Source: Clostridiales bacterium UBA6330 (GTDB taxonomy: Bacteria > Bacillota > Clostridia > Oscillospirales > CAG-272). From it: 46,418 bases of DNA. Under the pieces are notes generated by a model. That model saw only the letters and a program-made list of their open reading frames with translations, was not told the DNA's origin and did no database searches. Both the position numbers and the translations under genes were made by a program. Below, one piece after another: positions 27,192-34,306 of this stretch; position 1 is the stretch's first letter, and each line of letters opens with the position of its first letter. The DNA is taken from positions 1 through 46,418 of the forward strand of contig DJSQ01000188.1 in NCBI GenBank assembly GCA_002438075.1, read 5' to 3'.

Positions 27192-28895
27192 ATGAAAACC
27201 ATCAACACCAAAAAGGCGTTGATCGCAAGCCTGCTTTCGCTGGTGCTTTGCGTATCAATGCTCGTCGGCTCCACCTTCGCGTGGTTCACCGACACCGCAA
27301 CAACTTCGGTGAATACGATTCAAGCGGGTAAATTGCAGGTTGATATTGTGGATGGAGCGGGAGCTTCTCTGAAGGGCAAGTCCATGAGCTTTGTCGATAA
27401 GGACGGCTCTGCGGACATTCTTTGGGAGCCGGGTGCGACCTTCCGCACAATCGGCTTCAAGGTTAAGAACATTGGCAACCTTTCCTTCAAGTATAAGATG
27501 GTGCTCAACGGCGTGGACGGAAACAATGAGCTGCTGGATGTCATCACCTTCAAGGTCGTGAAGGCGGACGGCACGACGGTTGATCTCTCCACCTTTGAAG
27601 GACATCTCAAAAAGGACGATGTGTCCGACCTGCTCTACATCGAAGGACATATGGACGAGACCGCAGGCAACAAATATCAGGATATGAAGCTGGAGGGCAT
27701 CGGAATCACCGTTTACGCAACGCAGGATACGGTGGAGAACGACAGCAACGGCAATACATATGACGATGGCGCGGCGTATACCGAGGTGATTGACGCAGGT
27801 AAGACGTTTACAGGAAAGCAGACGCTGGATGTCGGCGTCACCGCTACCGATGCGAATGCAATTGCAGTGAAGGCAATTGGCGCGGATGCAGATGTTACCA
27901 TCACGGATGGTATTTATGATGGCGGCAATGGCGGAAACAATATCTGCGTTGCGGCGGCTAACGGAGCAAAGGTAACCATCAAGGGCGGAACCTTTACCGT
28001 TGGCGGTGATGCAGACGGCTACGGAAACTCGGTTGTCTATTCAGAGAACGGTAATATCGTAATTGAGGGTGGGTTCTTCTATACGAATTACAGCTACGGC
28101 GGCAGATACTATGTGCTGAATCAGAGCAACAGCAAGCCCGGAACGATTACGGTTAAAGGCGGTACGTTTGTAAACTATGACCCTTCCAAGGGCGATGATA
28201 ATCTGGGCGGCAATTTTGTGGCAGAGGGCTATATGGTTGTTGCGCAGAAGCAGGCAAACGGTGATATTTGGTATACCGTTGTAGAATCTTCAAAATTGCA
28301 AGAAGTGCTTAAAGAAGGCGGTGTTGTTACGGTTTTTACCGATATTGAAACGGGGAACAGTGCCGACACTTCGGACGCTCGCGTTATTATCAAGAATCCG
28401 ACTACACTGAATCTGAACGCAAAAATCATTTCCCCTGATGATATGGGGAACAATAGCACAAACTTTGTTGCGCTGATTGTAGATGCTGACACTACCATCA
28501 ATGCAGACGAAAACGGCGGAATCAATACGGGCACAAATGGCGGCTATGCTCTCAATGTGAGAAATGGTGCAACCCTGACCATCAATGGCGGTTCTTACTA
28601 CGGCGGTGGTACAACGGTTCAGGTTCAGAAGGGAACGCTGATTATCAACGGCGGAACCTTTGCTTGCGAGCCGTTTGGCGCTCCTTATTATACAAACTTC
28701 CTGCTGAACTGCGTCGATGCTGCTTACAAGAATGGCACGGCTAAGATTATTGTTAAGGGTGGCACATTTGTCAACTTTGACCCGTCCAACAATTCGGCAG
28801 AGGGCGCAGGAACCAACTTTGTGGCAGACGGCTACAAGGTGACCTCTGAAACGAAAGATAACGGTGAAGTTTGGTATACCGTTGTTCCGGAATAA
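27192..28895 (+). CDS. TasA-family N-terminal domain with SipW-type signal peptide, fused to two ~150-aa beta-helix-like repeats (567 aa)
   Basis: LVGSTFAWFTDTATT; ...AGNKYQDMKLEGIGITVYATQ; the repeats end KGGTFVNYDPS..NFVAEGYMV..NGDIWYTVV and KGGTFVNFDPS..NFVADGYKV..NGEVWYTVV. Confidence 0.85.
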   Translation: MKTINTKKALIASLLSLVLCVSMLVGSTFAWFTDTATTSVNTIQAGKLQVDIVDGAGASLKGKSMSFVDKDGSADILWEPGATFRTIGFKVKNIGNLSFKYKMVLNGVDGNNELLDVITFKVVKADGTTVDLSTFEGHLKKDDVSDLLYIEGHMDETAGNKYQDMKLEGIGITVYATQDTVENDSNGNTYDDGAAYTEVIDAGKTFTGKQTLDVGVTATDANAIAVKAIGADADVTITDGIYDGGNGGNNICVAAANGAKVTIKGGTFTVGGDADGYGNSVVYSENGNIVIEGGFFYTNYSYGGRYYVLNQSNSKPGTITVKGGTFVNYDPSKGDDNLGGNFVAEGYMVVAQKQANGDIWYTVVESSKLQEVLKEGGVVTVFTDIETGNSADTSDARVIIKNPTTLNLNAKIISPDDMGNNSTNFVALIVDADTTINADENGGINTGTNGGYALNVRNGATLTINGGSYYGGGTTVQVQKGTLIINGGTFACEPFGAPYYTNFLLNCVDAAYKNGTAKIIVKGGTFVNFDPSNNSAEGAGTNFVADGYKVTSETKDNGEVWYTVVPE

Positions 28896-28908
28896 AATCA
28901 ATCAGTCT

Positions 28909-28972
28909 CTCCATCCATCGGGTGGAGGGGCTACCGAAGCGGATAAGCGTTGGTTTATCCGTTTCGGTAGCC
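28909..28972 (+). other. intercistronic double stem-loop, copy 2
   Basis: CTCCATCC-atc-GGGTGGAG, then GGCTACCGAAGCGGATAAGC-gttg-GTTTATCCGTTTCGGTAGCC (G.U pairs only on the plus-strand RNA). Confidence 0.6.
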
Positions 28973-28985
28973 GAATGGCAAAATC

Positions 28986-29072
28986 ATGAGAGGAGGAGAA
29001 GTCTTTTATGAAAAACAGACAATCGGCAATCTGTATAACGGGGGGGGGGGTATCATCTTTCTGAATTGGTGA
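28986..29072 (+). CDS. leader micro-ORF containing the G11 tract: MRGGEVFYEKQTIGNLYNGGGGIIFLNW
   Basis: This frame preserves IG(N/K)LY(N/H)GGG relative to copy 1, with synonymous TTA/CTG and TAC/TAT changes. An alternative ATG at 29008 (with GAGGAGGAG upstream) gives MKNRQSAICITGGGVSSF. Confidence 0.3.
   Translation: MRGGEVFYEKQTIGNLYNGGGGIIFLNW
29040..29050. repeat. homopolymeric G11 tract
   Basis: Counted directly: tataac-ggggggggggg-tatc. Confidence 0.95.
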
Positions 29073-29182
29073 TATCAACCAATCAAGACGGGAAAAAGAC
29101 GAAATAGCGGAAGGTCTCCTTGCGTCGGCGCGGGATGCCTTTCTGACCGTGCGTCGACAATTACAGAAAAGGAGACGAAACG

Positions 29183-31138
29183 ATGAAAACCAACAACACC
29201 AAAAAAGCGTTGATTGCAAGCCTGCTTTCGCTGGTCCTCTGCGTATCAATGCTCGTCGGCTCCACCTTCGCGTGGTTTACCGACACCGCAACAACGGCAG
29301 TGAATACCATTCAGGCGGGCAATCTGAAAATTGACATTGTAAACGAAGCAGGCGTTTCTTTGAAGGGCTCCGACATGAGCTTTGTCAACAAGGATGGCTC
29401 CGCTGATATCCTCTGGGAGCCGGGCGCGACCTTCAGAACCCCGGGCTTCAAGGTCAAGAACATTGGCAACCTTGCGCTCAAGTACAAAATGCTCCTGAAC
29501 GGCGTAACGGGTGACAACGAATTGCTGAAGGTAATCAAATTCTCGGTCGTGGACGAAAACGGCGCGGTTGTGAATTTGGATAGCTATGAGGCGGTCCTCA
29601 AAAAGGATGAAACGAGCGGCGTTCTCTACATCGAAGGTCATATGGCAGAGGATGCGGGCAATACCTATCAGGGCTTAAAGCTGAACGGTCTCGGAATCAC
29701 GGTTTATGCAACGCAGTATGCTGATGAATCCGATAGCAACGGCAGTGATTATGACAAGGATGCAACCTACCCGATTGTTGCGGTTGCAACGGTGACGGTG
29801 GACGAATCCGGAAAAACAACCGAGAAAAGCGAGTTGACCTCCACGGACAGCTCGACAAAGGTTACGGTTCCCGCAGGCGCGAAGGTCGACGATACGAAGC
29901 TGGTCCTGACCATCCATGAAGCCGCAGACCCCGAAAACTTTACGGTAAAAGCAACCGATGTAAGCCAAACTCTGGAAGTAAAGATGGTAGGTCTTGCAGA
30001 GGACAACACGGAGTTGATTCGCGTTGTAATGAATGTTGGCAAGAGTTTGAATGGATTCGCGCTCTATCATAACGGCACCGCAATGACAAAGAAGGATACT
30101 GTGGCAGACCTTACCGCAGATCAGGACTATTATTATGACAGTGCCAAGGGTGAGGTAACGATGTTGACCTCGCATTTCTCTCCGTTTACCTATACCTATG
30201 CAAAGGGAGATTGGAACGATCAGCTCACGGACGATGCCGATTTTGAAACGCCCGTTGATACGGAAAAGAAGGTTGTGACAATTGCTTCCGCCTCGGAACT
30301 GGCTCTGTTTGCAAAGCAGATTACCGATAAGGGAAAGAACTACTCCGGCTATACCGTGAACATCGTTGCCGATATTGATTTGAGTGCCGGACTTTGGAAG
30401 CCGATCAATGGTTGGGGTAAAATGGATCACATTGTGATTAACGGTAACGGGCATACCATCAAAAATATGATTGTTCGGGATTGTATCAATCCGAATAGCG
30501 GTGGATACGGTGCAGGCTTTATTGGTCAGACGAGCGGCTCAATTACTATTGAGAATCTCACTTTTGATTCTGCGAATGTTGCATTTCCCCATGCTGAATG
30601 GTATAATGGCTATGTTGGAAATGTCGGTGGCGTTGTGATGGGCTATACCTACGGAACGACGCTCTTTGAGAATGTCAGTGTGGTTAATAGCACCATTCAG
30701 GGCTACGGTAAAATCGGATGTCTGTTGGGCATGGGTGCAGACCCCGGCGTAAAGGTTACATTCAGGGATTGCGTATCGAAGAATAATACCATTCACGCCG
30801 TTTATAACATGGGTGGACTTGCAGGCAATATTCAACGTGGAAACGGTGTTGACAATACAACGGTGGAAAACTGCACAGTTGAAAATATTGTAGTCGAATA
30901 TGATGCGAATGAAAAATATGCAGATTTGGTTAACGTGAAGGTGACCTACAGCACCAATGATGTAACTGAGGATTCCACCGTGGAAAAAATTGTAAGCGGA
31001 AAATATTGGATTTGTCAAGGTTACTATTGGGGCGGTTATGCGGATTACTATGTTTCTTACGGTGACAGTGCATATGATGCACCTGCGGAAGGGCATAGTA
31101 TGAAACTTGCCAATGGCGAGTATGATGTAAATAAATAA
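29183..31138 (+). CDS. TasA-family N-terminal domain with SipW-type signal peptide, fused to an Ig-like middle region and a GLUG-like beta-helix module (651 aa)
   Basis: LVGSTFAWFTDTATT; ...AGNTYQGLKLNGLGITVYATQ. The C-terminal ASASELALFAKQI...YTVNIVADIDLSAGLWKPI...GNGHTIKNM...GAGFIG...GGVVMG...GGLAG resembles ORF 487..1998. Confidence 0.85.
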   Translation: MKTNNTKKALIASLLSLVLCVSMLVGSTFAWFTDTATTAVNTIQAGNLKIDIVNEAGVSLKGSDMSFVNKDGSADILWEPGATFRTPGFKVKNIGNLALKYKMLLNGVTGDNELLKVIKFSVVDENGAVVNLDSYEAVLKKDETSGVLYIEGHMAEDAGNTYQGLKLNGLGITVYATQYADESDSNGSDYDKDATYPIVAVATVTVDESGKTTEKSELTSTDSSTKVTVPAGAKVDDTKLVLTIHEAADPENFTVKATDVSQTLEVKMVGLAEDNTELIRVVMNVGKSLNGFALYHNGTAMTKKDTVADLTADQDYYYDSAKGEVTMLTSHFSPFTYTYAKGDWNDQLTDDADFETPVDTEKKVVTIASASELALFAKQITDKGKNYSGYTVNIVADIDLSAGLWKPINGWGKMDHIVINGNGHTIKNMIVRDCINPNSGGYGAGFIGQTSGSITIENLTFDSANVAFPHAEWYNGYVGNVGGVVMGYTYGTTLFENVSVVNSTIQGYGKIGCLLGMGADPGVKVTFRDCVSKNNTIHAVYNMGGLAGNIQRGNGVDNTTVENCTVENIVVEYDANEKYADLVNVKVTYSTNDVTEDSTVEKIVSGKYWICQGYYWGGYADYYVSYGDSAYDAPAEGHSMKLANGEYDVNK

Positions 31139-31149
31139 AAAATTTGTCT

Positions 31150-31213
31150 CTCCACCCATCGGGTGGAGGGGCTACCGAAGCGGATAAGCGACGGTTTATC
31201 CGTTTCGGTAGCC
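31150..31213 (+). other. intercistronic double stem-loop, copy 3
   Basis: CTCCACCC-atc-GGGTGGAG, then GGCTACCGAAGCGGATAAGC-gacg-GTTTATCCGTTTCGGTAGCC. Confidence 0.6.
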
Positions 31214-31242
31214 GATTCGCATAACGAAAGGAGTATTTTGTT

Positions 31243-31734
31243 ATGAATTTTATGATGCAAGCAAAGGCAGAGGGTAATTTGACCAAAATTCTGCTTCCGT
31301 CCGTGCTGTCTATCCTGCTCTGTCTGGTGTTGCTGTGCGGCATGACATGGGCGTGGTTTACCTCCACGCAATCCGCCCCCGCAGCTACCATTATGTCTGC
31401 TACCTACAACATTGATATTGTTGCGAAAAACGGGGAGACCGAGTTAAGCGGGCAGAACGGCACATATACCTTGATGGCAGGCGTTGAGTATACTGTCACG
31501 CTCACTGCCTCGGGGACTGCCAAAACGGGATATTGCAAGATGACGCTCCCGAACGGCACTTCTCTTTTTACTGACCAAATAGGGATAGGCGAAGAGAATG
31601 CTTTTTCCTTTAAGCTGATGTTGGAGGCGGGCGGTGAAGTGCGCTTTTCTCCGCAATGGGGAACCTGTACACAAGATGATATAGCGGATATTAAGCGTGA
31701 CAATACAATTGTAAACGGTTCAATTCAAAAATAA
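31243..31734 (+). CDS. small TasA/camelysin-like protein with SipW-type signal peptide (163 aa)
   Basis: LLCGMTWAWFTSTQSAP; beta-rich ~120-aa mature part; RBS AAAGGAG upstream. Confidence 0.7.
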   Translation: MNFMMQAKAEGNLTKILLPSVLSILLCLVLLCGMTWAWFTSTQSAPAATIMSATYNIDIVAKNGETELSGQNGTYTLMAGVEYTVTLTASGTAKTGYCKMTLPNGTSLFTDQIGIGEENAFSFKLMLEAGGEVRFSPQWGTCTQDDIADIKRDNTIVNGSIQK

Positions 31735-31775
31735 ACGGAACGCATGACCTTTTCGGTCATGCGTTCCGTTTATTT
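31733..31775. terminator. bidirectional intrinsic terminator closing the locus
   Basis: AAACGGAACGCATGACC-ttttc-GGTCATGCGTTCCGTTT, a perfect 17-bp stem flanked by A/T runs. It overlaps the 3' end of 31770..32057(-). Confidence 0.85.
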
Positions 31776-32057
31776 CTCGTTCCGTTTGTCGCGGAGCTGT
31801 TTTTCCAGATTCGCAATCTGCTCGCGCATCAGCGTAATGGCTTTGATATACTCCGCCAGCGCCTCTGCGCCGTCCTCGTCCTCGGACGTAAAGCTGAGGT
31901 AGGCAATCTCCCCGAATTCCTCATACGCCGAGCGCAGACGCATTTTTTCGGTCCGAAGCTGTAGCCGCAAAACCGCAAGATCGGTCGCGTTTCCGAGCTT
32001 CTCCGCCGCCGCATCGGTAATCTGCCGCGTTTGTTCCTGAAATTCCTTCCATGTCAT
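31770..32057 (-). CDS. hypothetical coiled-coil protein, 95 aa
   Basis: RBS CAGGAGGAA; charged heptad-like sequence (LRLQLRTEKMRLRSAYEEF...REQIANLEKQLRDKRNEK). Confidence 0.6.
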   Translation of the reverse strand: MTWKEFQEQTRQITDAAAEKLGNATDLAVLRLQLRTEKMRLRSAYEEFGEIAYLSFTSEDEDGAEALAEYIKAITLMREQIANLEKQLRDKRNEK

Positions 32058-32089
32058 GCGCGTTTCCTCCTGTTTGGTCCTCTCACTCT

Positions 32090-32118
32090 ATTATATACCG
32101 AACAGGCGCGAAAATCAA
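32090..32118 (-). promoter_or_regulatory. sigma-70-type promoter for 31770..32057(-)
   Basis: On the minus strand: TTGATT, 17 nt, TATAAT. Confidence 0.5.
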
Positions 32119-32199
32119 GCATTTTTCGGAAATTTTCCTCCTTCACGCATGAAAGTCGGCGCGCGGGGACAAACTGACGGAAAAAAAGGGGGGATTTCC

Positions 32200-32658
32200 A
32201 TGAATCATCAGTCAATGGACCGCGAAACCTACCGCCGCTTTGCCGACGCACACGCCCCGCACTCGCCGATGCTCAAAAATTGCTTCCGCGCCTTCTGGGT
32301 CGGCGGGATGATTTGCGTTCTCGGGCAGCTGCTCCGCACCTTTTGGAGCGAATGCGTCCACCTGAACGCCGCCGACAGCGCGACCATGACCTCCGTAACG
32401 CTGATTTTCATTGCCGCGCTGCTCAGCGGAATTGGTGTATTCGACAAAATTGCAAAATATGCGGGCGCAGGGACGCTGGTCCCCATCACGGGCTTTGCAA
32501 ACGCCGTGGTCTCTCCCGCCATCGACAGCCACGCTGAGGGCTTGGTGCTCGGAGTGGGCGCAAAGATTTTTACCGTTGCGGGTCCCGTCCTGCTTTACGG
32601 CACGCTTGCGGGCGGAATCTGGGGCGTGATTTTGTTTGTTGTCAGGATGTCCATTTAA
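32200..32658 (+). CDS. spoVAC: stage V sporulation protein AC
   Basis: KNCFRAFWVGGMICVLGQ...LIFIAALLSGIGVFDKIAKYAGAGTLVPITGFANAVVSPAID..AEGLVLGVG is collinear with B. subtilis SpoVAC (WNCVKAFLVGGLICAIGQ...AGSAVPVTGFANSV...SEGLVLGV). Confidence 0.85.
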   Translation: MNHQSMDRETYRRFADAHAPHSPMLKNCFRAFWVGGMICVLGQLLRTFWSECVHLNAADSATMTSVTLIFIAALLSGIGVFDKIAKYAGAGTLVPITGFANAVVSPAIDSHAEGLVLGVGAKIFTVAGPVLLYGTLAGGIWGVILFVVRMSI

Positions 32659-32757
32659 TTGTTAAAACATTGTTAACCTTTTGTCGTATCGGTAGAAATA
32701 ACGCGCAATGTGTGCTATACTATATAGGGATTTTGAAAAGAAGGAGCGCTTTTCCGC

Positions 32758-33594
32758 GTGGCAGTATATTTCGATTTGCACTCCCACCTGCTGTTCGGTG
32801 TGGATGATGGGGCAAAAACCAAAGAAGAAATGTTTGCCATGCTGGATATGGCATACGCGGACGGAACCAGAGCCATTTGCCTGACCCCGCACTTTTCTCC
32901 CTATCTGTTCGGCGATACATACGATAGCTCGCAGGCGGCGTTTGAGGTCCTGCGGGAGTACGCGGAAAAGACCTATCCCAAGCTGGCGCTGTTCCTCGGT
33001 CACGAGCTGGGCTACTACGGCGGCTGTATCGAGGCGCTTGGAAGGGGCAGGTGCCGCACCGTTGCGGGAAGCCGCTATGTGCTGGTGGATTTCCCCGAGG
33101 ATGTAGAATTTTTTCAGATTGAAAGCGCCGTAAAGCACCTGCGCAGTGCGGGCTACCGCCCGATACTGGCGCACGCCGAGCGGTACCGTTGCCTTGCCTC
33201 CCACATGACGTGGATTGAGGACTTTCACGATAGCGGCGGGGTGGTTCAGGTGAACGCCGCCGACGCGGTTGGATGCTGGGGCAGATCGGCAAAGGCGCTG
33301 TGGAAAAGGCTTGTCAAAAGCCGATTGGTGGATATCGTTTCCTCGGACGGTCATAATCTGACCTCCAGACAGCCGAAAATTTCGGTTTGTATCGATTTGC
33401 TTTCCCGTTATTGCGATGCGGAGACCGTGCGCGCGCTGACATGGGAGAATGCTTGGCGGGTGGTTCGGGACGAGCCGCTCGGCACTGTGACAAAGGACGA
33501 CACTCCGGAGCGGATTCCGGTAGCTACATCAGAAAGGATATGGGGTCATGGAAGAAACGAGAAGCATGGAAGAAACGAAAAACAGGGAAATTGA
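32758..33594 (+). CDS. CpsB/YwqE-type PHP-family protein-tyrosine phosphatase
   Basis: VYFDLHSHLLFGVDDGAKT, TPHF, ILAHAERY, VQVNA, SSDGHNL metal-ligand motifs. GTG start. Confidence 0.85.
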   Translation: MAVYFDLHSHLLFGVDDGAKTKEEMFAMLDMAYADGTRAICLTPHFSPYLFGDTYDSSQAAFEVLREYAEKTYPKLALFLGHELGYYGGCIEALGRGRCRTVAGSRYVLVDFPEDVEFFQIESAVKHLRSAGYRPILAHAERYRCLASHMTWIEDFHDSGGVVQVNAADAVGCWGRSAKALWKRLVKSRLVDIVSSDGHNLTSRQPKISVCIDLLSRYCDAETVRALTWENAWRVVRDEPLGTVTKDDTPERIPVATSERIWGHGRNEKHGRNEKQGN

Positions 33595-34306
33595 AATTCG
33601 GTTCGGCGACTTTGTAAAGGTCTTTTGCCGATGCTGGTGGGTGCTGCTGTTGGTTGGCGCACTGGTTTGCGGCGGCGTGTTCGGCGTGCTGAAGCTGACG
33701 CACGTTCCGCTTTATACCGCCACGGCAAAGGTTTACATCATTCGGACCTCAGGGTCCATGCAGGCGGCGCAGGTCTCCATTTCCAACGCACTTGTAAGCG
33801 ATTTTATAGAGTCGGTCACCATGGGCAACGTTCTGACCCAGACCCGCGAGGAGCTGGGCATGAATTCGCTCTCCAATAAGGAGCTGTCGAGTATGGTGAA
33901 GGTCAGCAACACCGAGGGCTCGCGTCTGATTACGCTGTCGGTGACGGCAAGAAGCGCGAAGGATGCGGTGGATTTGGTTGATTCGCTGGCGCGGAACAGC
34001 GTGGAATACTTCAACGATAATCTGGTGAAGGAAGAGTATTCGCAGTATGTCGATAAGCTCGACACGGAACATCCCGAGAGCTGTGTGGTGGTTTCCAACC
34101 CGATTTCCAAATCGAAGATTCTGCTTGTCGGAATTGCGGCAGTCCTGCTGGCGTATCTGGTATTCTTCATCATTTATGTGACGGATGACAAGATCAACAC
34201 CGCGGAGGATTTGGACCAATATCTCGGCATCAATCTGCTGGGGCAGATTCCTTACCGTCATACACCCCGTGAAAAGACCGCGGCGGCGAAAGGAGACAAG
34301 GCATGA
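33548..34306 (+). CDS. Wzz/CpsC/YwqC-type chain-length determinant / tyrosine-kinase transmembrane modulator
   Basis: Two TM helices (WWVLLLVGALVCGGVFGVL; ILLVGIAAVLLAYLVFFIIYV) flank a ~150-aa extracytoplasmic loop. The start is ambiguous (33548 or 33566). Confidence 0.8.
   Translation: MEETRSMEETKNREIEIRFGDFVKVFCRCWWVLLLVGALVCGGVFGVLKLTHVPLYTATAKVYIIRTSGSMQAAQVSISNALVSDFIESVTMGNVLTQTREELGMNSLSNKELSSMVKVSNTEGSRLITLSVTARSAKDAVDLVDSLARNSVEYFNDNLVKEEYSQYVDKLDTEHPESCVVVSNPISKSKILLVGIAAVLLAYLVFFIIYVTDDKINTAEDLDQYLGINLLGQIPYRHTPREKTAAAKGDKA

Noticed and set aside
33546-33585. 19-nt tandem repeat CATGGAAGAAACGA(G/A)AA(G/A)C at the cpsB/cpsC junction
   Set aside because: There are only two copies. 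It lies within the low-complexity C-terminal tail of one gene and the N-terminus of the next. It explains the ambiguous start codon, but I see no further significance.
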